A stretch of 64,000 nucleotides of DNA from Eledone cirrhosa (lineage: Eukaryota), in assembly GCA_964016885.1 (NCBI GenBank), contig OZ024742.1, forward strand, positions 219,914,001 to 219,978,000, given 5' to 3'. The notes under the pieces are model-generated. The model was not told the origin of the DNA and did no database searches. It worked only from the letters and a program-made list of their open reading frames with translations. Of this stretch, positions 28,712-40,769 are shown piece by piece; positions within the stretch are counted from its first letter, which is position 1; each line of letters starts with the position of its first letter. The position numbers and the translations under genes were made by a program.

Positions 28712-29408
28712 AATAGATTGACATATATATATATATAAAATAAATACATGGAACAATCACAGGGAATAATTTGTAAAGAATGTAAGCACACATAGCTAGG
28801 TAGGTAACTAATTAAAGTTTAACTAGAACTTCAAATATAGATACCTTTTAAAATGATTAATCTCCTTTGTATATATTTCTTTAAGTAAGAAATATATTTC
28901 ACCAATTGATCAGTAAATCACAGCAGTCAATTCCTGGATGGTCACCAAAGCAGAAGAAAAAAATAAATTTTGGATATATATACAGCCCCTTGATTTTTGA
29001 GCTAATTCAGTTGAATGGACTGGGCTGCTATTTCTAGCTGTCGATAATCCTATTCACGCCACTGGGATGACGCTGTGCGATGTGTGTATTTTTTTAAAAA
29101 TGCAACACGTGGTTTGAGTCATTTACATATTTGCATTTGCTTTGTAAACGCAGATAGTTTTTTTTTTCTTCTCCTTTGAACATCCAAGAATTTAACTGTT
29201 GTGATTTACTGATTAATTGGTGAAATATATTTCTTACTTAAAGAAATATATACAAAAGAGATTAATCATTTTAAAAGGTATCTATATTTGAAGTTCTAGT
29301 TAAACTTTAATTAGTTACCTACCTAGCTATGTGTGCTTACATTCTTTACAAATTATTCCCTGTGATTGTTCCATGTATTTATTTTATACATATATATGTC
29401 AATCTAGT
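28712..29408. repeat. Long inverted repeat (arms about 28712-28965 / 29158-29408)
   Basis: Arms are reverse complements, nearly identical in the outer ~200 bp and diverged toward the centre. Confidence 0.9.
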
Positions 29409-29444
29409 TGTATTTAAAAAATTTTTTTTTTATGACCATGCTGT

Positions 29445-32400
29445 AAAATGGAGGGGTAGAGAGGGCCCTTGAGTCTAGTAAGACATCCTCTGTAGTGCTG
29501 GTGGCACAAATAAAAGCACCCAGTCCATGCTGTAAAGTGGCGTTGGTGTTAGGAAGGGCATCCAACCAGTGTATCAATGCCAAAACGCTTATCAGCACAG
29601 CAACAAATAGGAACAACAACAAAATATGAAGACGTCGCATCTCAGAGCTGCAACACTTAATGTTGGCACTCTCAGAGGTAGATCTGCTGAAATAGCAGAG
29701 ATGCTGGAGAGAAGGCATGTGGATGTGTGCTGCGTGCAAGAGGTGAGATGGAGAGGTGCCTCTGCGAGACTAGTCATTGGCAAACATCTTAGCTATAAGC
29801 TTTTCTGGGTAGGTAAGGATAATGGGTTAGGGGGAGTAGGCATTTTCCTGGCTGAGAGATGGATCAATAAGACAATAGAGGTAGTTCGAGTTAGTAATCG
29901 AATAATTAAGCTTAGATTAGTTGTAGGCAGGAGACTACTGACAATCATCTCTGCCTATGCTCCCCAAGCAGGCCTAGGCAAAAATGAGAAAGACTGCTTT
30001 TACGAGCAACTGCAATGACAGAGGACAGAGACATCGTTATGCTAGCAGGGGACTTCAATGGTCATGTTGGACAGCTCCAGGATGGTTACACTGGGGTACA
30101 TGGTGGGCACGGTTATGGCTCAAGAAATGAAGAAGTAGTGAGACCTCTTGAATTTTGTGATGCAAGTACACTGACTATTTGCAACACAAACTTCCAGAAA
30201 CCTGCCAATCACCTAATAACCTACAAATCTGGCGAACACATAAGCCAGATTGACTTCTTACTAGTTAGGCAGCAGGACAGGCAGATAGTGTCTAATACCA
30301 AGGCATACCCTGGGGAAGAATGTACCCCACAGCATAGGTTAGTCGTTAGTGATATCTCAGTAAGCAAGAGATGGAATGAGACATACAGGAAGGTGTGGAG
30401 AAGAAAGGTGTGGAAGCTAAAAGACCTTTCACTAAAATACAAATTTAGGAAAGCCCTTCAAGATGTTTATGACGAAAAAGAAGACGATTTAGAGACGTAT
30501 GACATAGATAATAACTGGAATTTCTTACGTGACAACTTGCTGCAGGCTACTGATGAAACTTGTGGCTGGAGCAGAGCTCCAACCAGACAGAGAGTGACCT
30601 GGTGGTGGAACAGCACAGTAGATAAGGCCATTAGAGACAAAAGACTAGCATGTATGGCTTGGAAAAAGGGTGGGAGTAGGGAAGAATATGCAGCCGCTAA
30701 GAGAGAAGCTAGACGTCAGGTGTACTTAGCACGTAGGGAGGCTGAGAGTGGGAGGTTTGCCAATGTTCTGCGACAGGAAGGTCAGAGGTGTGCGGTGTTC
30801 CACATTGCAAGGCAGTGTGTCAATGCAAATCAGAATGTTGTTGGAGATAAATGTGTCCGGGATGATGCCGGTGTACTTAGTGTCACAAATGATCAGAAAA
30901 AGGAGGCCTGGAAATGTCATTATGAGAGACTGATGAATGTGGAGAACGAATGCGAGAGAGAGAAATTACCCTTAGTAGATCCGACAGAGGGACCAGCTAT
31001 TGAGATTGACGAATATAGGGTCCAAGAGGCGATTAAGGAAATGAAAAATGGTAAGGCTGCTGGACCATTGGGAATAGTTGCTGAGATGCTGAAGGCATCA
31101 GGGGACGTAGGCACTAAACTTGTTGCACGCATCATCAATCAGGCTATATATGGTGGTGTCATACCCAAAGACTTGTGCAGCAGTATTCTCATAAATTGCT
31201 ACAAAGGTAAAGGGGCTGCTCTGGAGAGGAACAATTATAGGGGTATAAAACTGATGGATCAGGTTATGAAAGTGGCAGAAAGGATATTAGCACAATTAAT
31301 TAGAGAAAGGGTCAAACTAGATGAGATGCAGTTTGGTTTTGTGCCTGGAAAGAGTACAAGAGAAGCCCTCTTCTTGGTGAGACAATTGCAAGAGAGGTTC
31401 TTAGAGAAAAATAAGCCACTCTACTTAACCTTTGTTGACCTAGAGAAGGCCTTTGATAGGGTACCCCGATCTGTCATCTGGTGGTCCCTAAGGAAACTAG
31501 GTGTTGAGGAATGGCTTGTGAGGACAGTGCAAACTTTGTACAAAGGTACTGTCAGTAAAGTGAGGGTAGGAATGGAGTTTAGTGAGGAATTCCAGATACA
31601 AGTAGGAGTACATCAAGGTTCGGTCCTCAGCCCGCTCTTGTTCATTATAGTCCTCCAAGCCATAACAGAGGAGTTTAAGACTGGTTGTCCATGGGAACTT
31701 CTCTATGCTGACGATCTGGTTCTTATAGCAGAACCAGTAGAGGAGCTAGAGAATAAATTCTGGCTATGGAAACAGCAGTTGGAATCAAGAGGACTGAGAG
31801 TGAACCTAGCTAAGACAAAAGTGTTGATGAGTAGAAAAGAGGACAAAAATCTGATTCCATCAGGGAAATGGCCATGTTCGATATGCAGAAAAGGAACTGG
31901 CATAAATTCTATAAAATGCACACAATGCAGATCCTGGGTACACAAGAGATGTAGCGGGATAGCAGGCAAACTAACAGGTAGGGAGAAATATGTATGCAGT
32001 AGATGTACAGGGAAAATAGACAGTAGAAGTCACATTGATAGACACATTTTTAAAATGCAGGAGGGTGCTATAGAAGTGGTGTATAGCTTCCTGGACCTAG
32101 GAGATCAGATTAGCAAGGGAGGAGGGTGTTCCAAGGCCATAGTATCTAGAATAAGGACGGGTTGGAAGAAGTTTAGGGAGCTGCTTCCTCTGTTGACGAA
32201 GAAGAGTTTCTCCCTGCATACAAAAGGCCGGTTGTATGATGCCTGTGTGAGGAGCGCGATGCTGCATGGTAGTGAGACATGGTCAGCAACTGCAGAGGAT
32301 ATGCGACGGCTGGAGAGAAATGAGGCAAGCATGCTCCGTTGGATGTGCGTGAACGACCCAGCATGTATGTGTTGAAAGAGAAACTGTGTCTGAGAGGGAT

Positions 32401-32685
32401 AGAATGTAGTGAACGGGAAAGGAGACTGAGGTGGTATGGACATGTGATGCGCATGGAGGATGATCGATGGGTGAAGAAGTGCCAGGAAATGCCAGTTGAA
32501 GGAAGACGTGGTAGCGGTAGACCATGAAAAACATGGGCGGAGGTGGTGAGAACAGACCTCAGATCGCTGAAGCTCACGGTGGAGATGATAAAGGACCGTG
32601 ACGAGTGGAAAGATGCTATGTTGAATAAGACCCGTCCCATCCTTGCGAGCAGGGAAGAGCGGACGTAAAATGATGATGATGATGA
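29445..32685 (+). mobile_element. RTE LINE family B, near full length
   Basis: 5' UTR, APE domain (TLNVGTL, CVQE, SAYAPQ, GDFNGH, QIDF, QHRLV), RT (LYADD), C4HC3 finger, RRLRWYGH and (GAT)n tail. Confidence 0.97.
29626..32625 (+). pseudogene. APE-RT polyprotein of the RTE element, disrupted
   Basis: ORFs 29626-30018, 30015-32375 and 32339-32527 join by frameshifts near 30015 and 32350, with a CGA>TGA stop at 32525 relative to the 59 kb copy. Confidence 0.9.
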
Positions 32686-32894
32686 TATATGCATGTATGT
32701 GTGTGTGTGTAGCATTACCACACACACACACCTATATATAACATGTGACTGGGTGAAAAGAGTGGAAATGAAAGTGGAAGAAAGTAATGGAAGAGGACGA
32801 CCAAGAAAGACATGCCTAAAGATGCTGGGAGGAAATGAGGTGGAGATGCAGATGTTAGGGGAAAATGGAGAAGTTTATTATAAGGCCAACAATT

Positions 32895-32896
<2 letters not shown>

Positions 32897-32976
<80 letters not shown>
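32897..32976. repeat. (TG)n microsatellite
   Basis: Directly visible. Confidence 0.97.
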
Positions 32977-32979
<3 letters not shown>

Positions 32980-33713
32980 TACTCATCCTGGCACTCCATT
33001 ACAGAACTATCAATATCTAATTGCACATGGGCAGCTCCCGTAAACCCCTCACCTCAAACACACATAGGTACCCAAAACAAACATAGGCCCACATTGCATA
33101 ACCAACAAATAGGAATTACCCACACCACATATTTCACTGCAAATACATAAAATATCATCACCACCACCCACAAACAACCACTCACACAAATACATCTGTA
33201 GGCAGGTACAAACAAACAAACTCAATAAGTACCTTATATACACACATACTGTATATGCTGTGGAACAAGGCGACTGGGAATACAAGACAATCCCAAAATT
33301 TTCAAGTAAACATGTAGGTTTTCAGGTATATTCGCCAGACAAGACAAACCCTGCCAATCGTATTTTAAAATGTATTGTATTAAATTTATTAATTAAATTC
33401 AGTAAGCATATACTTTCTTTTCACTAAAATTCTAATGAAAAAACAGTGGGGAGATATTGTCAATTAACTACCACAATCTACACTTACTGTTCCCCTACCA
33501 TAATCTATCGTGTACACTTACCCTTACCCAGTAATGATAACATGATTAGCTGCTGTAAGCCTAAACACTGGTGATGTCCCTTAAAATAAAATACCAATGG
33601 TTTTCGATTGCTCTCTTGACGAATATACATTTTATTATTGTCATACAATCATACCACATATTATATAAGGTAAGTGTACTTTTATTCACTACATTTTTAT
33701 TACCTTATTATAA

Positions 33714-33820
33714 TAATTGTTTCTACTTTTGGCACAAGGCCAGCAATTACCCAGTGCATTACTGGTACTTTATTTTATCGACCCCGTAAGGATGAAAGGC
33801 AAAGTTAACCCCGGCGGGAT
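33714..33820 (-). mobile_element. 5'-truncated SINE family 1 with target-site duplication
   Basis: Flanked by the direct repeat ttaccttattataataat. Confidence 0.85.
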
Positions 33821-33954
33821 TACCTTATTATAATAATGTGAATTAAGTTGTTTCAGTAGAAAATATTTGGGTTAATAGTTACCAAGGCAGGAGTTAACCT
33901 ACCATAAAAAATCTCCCATACTAACAACTTACCATAAACCACAGGATTTAAGAT

Positions 33955-34047
33955 TTACATTTTATACTTGGAGTATAAGACGACCCCCTATTTTGGGGGG
34001 ATTTTTTAAGGTTAAAAGAACACCTTGTACGCTGACATATATGGTAC
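33955..34047. mobile_element. pogo/Tigger-like MITE remnant
   Basis: tatacttggagtataagacgacc ... cttgtacgctgacatatatggta resembles pogo-type TIRs. Confidence 0.45.
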
Positions 34048-34894
34048 ATACCCACACCACCTACACACATACACCTTTTGACTTCATAGTACTAGAACTC
34101 ATTGAAACTTAAAATATTAAATAAAAACGTATTAATCCGCCTGTAGTTTAAAGTATTTTAAGTACTTAGCACAATAGCCAATAACACACTCTAACAGACA
34201 TAAAAATATAATAAGTGTCATATACACACACATCTACACTCACAACTTCTCCACACACATGTATTCAACTTCGTAGTACTAGAACTAATCTAATTAAAAT
34301 GTGAGTTTTAAAAAAAAAATTAAATGTATACTTCTGTCGGTAATTTAAGTGTTAGCGTAGCTACCAGTAACAAATACAAAAAGAACTCAAACTAACACTC
34401 AAAATTACAGCAACAAAAATTGTTATATCGATTAGATGATCTGTGATCTTTGGAGATAACAAAGAAATGACTGAATGGGCTACTTTTTGATCAGTGTGAC
34501 CTGCAGCTGGTCGTGGCACCAATTCCATGGCTTGATCATCTGAAAATCACAAAAAACATGCCTGCTGGCAGACATAACTACACACATACCCCCATATATA
34601 TATCTTCAATAAATATAATTCTACCTCCTTTTATTTTAAGTAGAATAATCAGATACACACAGGTGCACACATAGACACACACACATACATATACACACTT
34701 ACTAAGCTACATCCCTACATACACAACCACTCTCTAAATATATAAAAAAATATATATAAACTGTTTGTATCTGTATCTATAAAATACAATCAATTCTTTA
34801 TAATATAACCCTACTCCAAGTATCGAGTATTCTGTTAAGTAATGGTCTAACTAGTTTTAAACTGGCTCTATGCTGATATATTACATATATACAG

Positions 34895-35096
34895 TCGGCA
34901 TCATGACAAACAGCACCCAGCACTCACTGTAAATGAGGTTACCTGTAGGAAGGGCATCCAGCTGTAGAAATCAACCAAAAATTGGTTCTGTACGAGCAAG
35001 ACATGGTCATCTGACCTGGCATTTCTCACAACAGGATAACTCGTCTAACCCATGCCTGCATGGAAAAATGGACGTTAAACGGAGATGATGATGATA
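34895..35096 (+). mobile_element. RTE-partner SINE 3' module
   Basis: aggaagggcatccagctgtagaaa ... ccatgcctgcatggaaaaatggacgttaaac(GAT)n. Confidence 0.75.
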
Positions 35097-37554
35097 CAGT
35101 ATTGGTGATTCAGTGAATTACTGTTGGTAGTACCAATAATAGCACACAATGCAGATGTAGAGTATATAAAACAAAAAAACAATGAAGTTTCGTTCAGATG
35201 TGTTTATGTTTTTATTGAGCACTCTCTGTATGGTAACTCAGTAAAAGCATCAATACATGTAAACGAAAGTCTATCATTTTTTTTCTACTTATACATATAT
35301 ATATAGTTTAGATATAATTTATTGCTATGTAAATCATTACAGAATCCACAAGTCTGATGAGCTATTGATTCCAAAGTCAGGCACAATCAATACCGATTGT
35401 ACCTTGAGTTGATTGATCATGAAATGTGCGTCCCATGTCAATAAACATAACGATGCTATATTGATACTTCTTTCCTGCTCGTTGTTATTATTACTAGTTG
35501 GCCTATGTGAAATAAGTTCTCAACGATTTTCCTGCTCAAAAAATCAGTGTAAACCCATCTTTTCTGAAGCACGTGGATATGAGCAAATGGGCTGTAAGGC
35601 GTTAGCAATGGGAGAAATCCTTCCCTCTCCTAGATGCAGGAACCACATAGCATGATGCTCCAGGAGAGTGTATGAGGTGAAGTCATTGTTTTCAAGGCAA
35701 TTTTGCACTCTCATGTTTATAGAGACAAAAAATTTGGCAGTGGTTCAAAATCTGGGACATTTTAAAGCAAGCATTTGAACTAGATTGTCTATGCCTTTCA
35801 CATCACTGGAAGGGTTTGATGAAAATCTCCCCTCAGAATTATTAGTTTGCCTCTAAATATTAAATTATTATCCATAACATCTCTCAGTATTTGGTTTAGT
35901 GCTTCAAAGAGATGGCAATGAAAAACTTCTAAATATTCTGAACATAGATGATAGAGCCCATAGGCGTTTTCCAAAACTGAACCTAGAAAAAATATTTCCC
36001 AAAAGAATGTGTACTACTCAAATCTGACAGTTGCTTATGATACAACTTTTCACAAAGAGGAGCTCTGCTTTAAAGCCGACAGATTAACTGTTTCAATATA
36101 GATTTTAGAATAACATCAACTTGTTAAATTAATATTTTAATTCAGTTTGTCTCCTTCACTGAACAATTTTCTTGCAAGTCTGTCTACAAACTCTTGCTGG
36201 TCCTCCTCTGTCTATATAGATGAGGATGATGTTGCCTTCTCCCTCTTTCTATCACATACACAGTCTCTCTCTCTCTAAACAAATGGCATTCCTTTTCTCT
36301 TTATCTATGTACATTTCTTTCGCTTGACACTGCCCCTCTATATAGATGAGTACGACGCCAACTTTCTGTCTATCTACCTCTTTCTGTCACCTCAAAAACA
36401 CATGGTGTTCCCTCTCTATCTACGTACACACCTCTCACTTGGTGCTCCCTCTTTCTATGTAAAGTGAGCCTGATGGACAGACAGACAGACAGTGCTTCAT
36501 TCTGTACACACATATATACATACGATGGTATCTGTCTTGCACTCAAGTGGAGTATATCCACCACTTGAAATTTTCAAACATGTTTCTGCGTGTGTCTAGC
36601 ATGGATGTGACTTTTTAGGCCAGCAAGAGTCCTAAATTCATATACATATATATTATATACATACATATACATAAACACACACGTTTGTGGGAAATCCATA
36701 ATTTTTAACAGGATAATTTGTGACCTGACAATGCATATGATGCAGGAAGTATAAAAAATAATATGAATTGCAAAAAAAAAGGTTGTGAAGCGCATAAACC
36801 ATAGGGTAAAATCATGAGAAATTATCAACTGAGTGGAGGACGTTTCGGCAGAGGAAGATGTAGACAGTGTTTTGTACCCTGGAAAAGTTGTGAAAAATGC
36901 AATGAATGCAGATGTTGCTGTGCAAACGAAATGAAGATCATGGATGAAAGCAGAAAGATTAAGATTTCCATAACATCAAGCCACCAGTGAAGCATTGATG
37001 AATTCATGAATAATTCAGACAATGAGATTCACAAAGAAACTTCACATAAACATATTTCAATTATTTAATATGCTTCTTCAAAGTTTTAACTAACCACAAT
37101 AGACTGATGTAATCTGAACACAACACTGTCAGACACAGACTATAATCAGATAGAATTCACGTTGAAACAGTTCATATTTTTCTGGTAGAAAAAAAAATGC
37201 CTGCTACTTTACTGTATAGGAAAGATATATACACAATATATGAATTACTCCCATCATACTTATGTCTATATAAAATTCAGGTTATACGTGAATCTCAATA
37301 CATAATATAATTATATATACCACTTCATTCAAAATAAAATGAAATTACTCCCATAACAAACATATATAGCTAATCACATCATCAACATTTAATGTCTATT
37401 TTCCCTGCTATCATTTCAAGAGGAAAAGCTTTTCAGTCTCATCATATGAATGTAAATACTCCTTCAGCTCATTGAAATGATTTAATACATAGGTAAAAGT
37501 ATCTATAGATCTAGAAAGATTCTCTTCCTTCACATTGTTTCACAGTTATTAACC

Positions 37555-37822
37555 ATCTAAAGTCTGTCTTGAACCCATGCTTATCCCAGTTTCAATAGTG
37601 TTAAGCAACTGATAGTATAAGACTACCCACTGAACAGGACACCAGTCCATCACAGGGTTAAACCCCCAGCTACAACTGGTACTTATTTTCAGCTGAGAAT
37701 ACTGGAGTAACATGACATGAAGTATTTTGCTCAAGAACACAATACATAACCCAATCTAAGGATTGAACCCACAACCTTATGATTGTAAGTCCAACAACCT
37801 TACCACAAGGCCACACACCTCC
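37555..37822 (-). mobile_element. tRNA/CORE SINE with V-domain-like segment
   Basis: Reverse homologue of 37968-38250 (cctgtgatggactggtgtcctgttcag). Confidence 0.7.
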
Positions 37823-37967
37823 ACACAGTTATTAAGACAGAAGTATTAATTTAGACAAAGTAACAGACAAATTTGTTTCATTGCATCCGAGAAAAACTTT
37901 TGTGAAATTAGGTAAATTTCAAGGTAAATATCAAGACATAAAAAAAAACTTGTACATATTTTCAATT

Positions 37968-38250
37968 GTGAAGGTGCATGGAATAATGGTTAGGAGGCTT
38001 GACGTATGATTGTAGTGTTGTCGGTTTAATTCTTGGACTGAGTTGTGTGTTGTATTCTTGAGCAAACCACTTTATTTCATGATGCTACAGTACACTCAGC
38101 AGAGATGAGCACCAGCATGAGCTGGGGAGTTAATCCTGCGATTGACTGGCATCCTATACAGGGAGAGTCTTGTACTCTCAGTTGCTTAATGCCAAGGAAA
38201 CAAGGGATAAGGATTAGCCTGCTGAGTCTCTGGTTTAGAACAGACTTTAA
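37968..38250 (+). mobile_element. tRNA/CORE SINE with V-domain-like segment
   Basis: gtgaaggtgcatgg head, cttgagcaa core, cctgcgattgactggcatcc segment. Confidence 0.7.
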
Positions 38251-38869
38251 TGCTAATAAAATAATTATCTAATATTCTATCTTTGTGTTTTTTGAAAGTT
38301 AGACAGTTGATCTATTTTAATAAATTCCCTGATTGAAATTCGGGATTGGCACATAATATATATTTATTCATTTCTCAATAATTACACTCAGAATATTTCT
38401 CATATTTTATCAGCAACTCATTGAAGATTTTCCATTTTTCAAAAATAATTACATATAGATTACTCAATTAAGTTTGCTATTACAGTATCTTTATTATTAT
38501 TACTACAACTATATAATTCATAGTCATTAGAATATCAAGTACCTGCTTAATATGAGGTGATTAGGTGCTGGCATTGAGAACGGCATAAAATTGTAAAGCA
38601 CTGCCTCAAAAAGTACCATCTATCAACTGCCAGTATGAATAAATGAATTTAAAATGATGATGATGGTGATGAAGAAGACTACAAGTATTACATTACCAAA
38701 AAATTATTTTGAATTTATTTGTGTGACATTTATTCCTTCCAAGCCAGCCTAATTGAACTTGATGCTGGCAAGATAAAACATTTTTTATAAGGATTATAAT
38801 TAATTATTCTCATCTTTAAGGCTGCAAAATTTTTTTTTCAGTATTTATATCAACACTACATTTTGATCT

Positions 38870-39280
38870 TAGGAGACCGTCTGTCTACTTCTGAGTTTCC
38901 TGCTGGTTGGTTTTGCCTACAAAATCTGTCTAATAATTTTCAAAGTGGCCAAAATGGGATTCCTTCGAGGTGTCTTTAGAATAACATTACTCAATAGAGT
39001 GCGTAGATTGAAGATCAGAAAATCGCTCCAGGTAGAGCCGCTATTTCTGTGATTTGAAAGATCACAGCTCTGATATTATGGACAAAACCAACTGGCAGGA
39101 GACCCAGGGGTAAACCCTGAGCAAAATTGTTGGTTAACATCCATGCGTTTGGCTGGTCTCACTTGAGGATTGAGCTAGATCAATTGGAGACAGTTGCTTC
39201 AGACAGGACTCACTGGAAGGAGTGCTTGAGGACTCTGCTCCCACAACCCTCTCAGGAATAAGTGGGTGAAGAAGAAGGTC
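38870..39280 (+). mobile_element. Decayed RTE 3' fragment
   Basis: Residual MGFLRG..TLLNRVR..QL*YYG, GRRPRGKP and DRTHWK motifs. Confidence 0.55.
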
Positions 39281-39396
39281 TAATTCCTGAAATATGTCTG
39301 AACAAGGATACTATAGTCTGGCTAGAACACCTTTGGTCATAGATCTGCTTGATCATAGCTGACATGAGACCCAACAACAATAACAGATAATAAAAT

Positions 39397-39510
39397 AATT
39401 GTTTCTACTTTAGGCACAAGGCCAGCAATTACCCAGTGCATTACTGGTACTTTATTTTATCGACCCCGTAAGGATGAAAGGCAAAGTCAACCTCGGCGGG
39501 ATTTGAACTC
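39397..39510 (-). mobile_element. 5'-truncated SINE family 1 with TSD
   Basis: Flanked by taataaaataat. Confidence 0.85.
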
Positions 39511-40457
39511 TAATAAAATAATAAAGCTTAAAATTATTTTATTAAACATCTGCAAAAACATGATTGGTTTGGAAATTAATTGGAATAAATAGAGACTGTC
39601 ACACAGTCCCTCACCCTTATCCATATGATTAATAACTGCATATTGTGAAACATAGTCATCAACTAGCTTTTCTGCTGATGTGAGAATTTCTTTAAAAAAA
39701 TTAGTGAAACCTACATTATTTCTATTTAGATTATAAATTTACATTTGTTTTCATAAATTAGTATAACTAGGAAGATAGATATGTGAGTTCATCTTCATCA
39801 TTACACTAACTAAACCCCATACAACTGCTTGATCAGAGCTGACCTGGGGTTACACAACAACAAAAACAATAACTCATTTATTATATCCATATAAAATCAA
39901 TCCAACATGAAGATAACTAGAATCTATACAACTTAAAAACAATTTAAAACAAGTCTGAGGAGAATTTTTCACTTTCACTAAGCTATCATTAAGCAGACCA
40001 TTTTTTTGTGAGAGTAAGGAGAAAATCAGTCACAGTCATGTTAAAAGTTATTGATGATATTACTAGAGACTATAGGAAAGCATAAGATAACATATTAGAC
40101 AATCAATATCCCGAGATTGATGTCAATATTGACAGGAAGTATAGCCTCACTTGGACTCATGACTGTTATATCACATCACATATCAAAGGTCATGCGTGTG
40201 CAATAACTACAGGAGATAACTACAAAATAGCTACTGGACAAAAAAGATAGTGAAACCTATAACCTTACCCCAATATATGACATAAAATCTTAAATATGTA
40301 ACACATCAGTAGGGAATGTTACATGTGTAATTAACAGTTTATTCCCAAGATGCTAAAAAGATACTACCCTCCTAAGTGGCATGGTAATAATTCCATTGTT
40401 GATACATACATGTGTTCCAATAAAAGAGATATCTGTGGAACACTTACATAAAAACTT

Positions 40458-40769
40458 TTGTGGTCATGTTGATGCCATGACAAAAAGCACTCAGTCCACC
40501 CTGTAAAGTGGTCGTGTTGGTGACACAACAAAAAGCACCCACTCTAACCAGTCAGTTGTTTGTTTTGGTGTGACAATAAAAAGTACCCAGTCCACGCTAT
40601 AAATATGGTTGGTGTTATGAAGGACACTCAGCTGTAGAAACCAAGCCAGAAACAGTTCTGTATGAATAAGATATGGTCATCTGATTGAACTTGTCTTACA
40701 ACAGGATAACTCATCTAACTCATGCTAGGGTGGAAAAATGGATGTTAAATGGTGGTGATGATGATGATT
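40458..40769 (+). mobile_element. RTE-partner SINE 3' module with 48-bp units
   Basis: Homologous to 10105-10483. Confidence 0.7.

Noticed and set aside
29450-29520. Ribozyme in the family B RTE 5' UTR
   Set aside because: Only simple hairpins are visible; no HDV, twister or HHR consensus could be fitted by eye.
35355-35440. CTGATGA hammerhead-like starts (also 21520 and 41959)
   Set aside because: No correctly placed GAAA with closing stems I and II.
35500-37020. Possible decayed transposase-like coding remnants (e.g. LYPGKV at about 36870)
   Set aside because: Too degraded to assign without a search.
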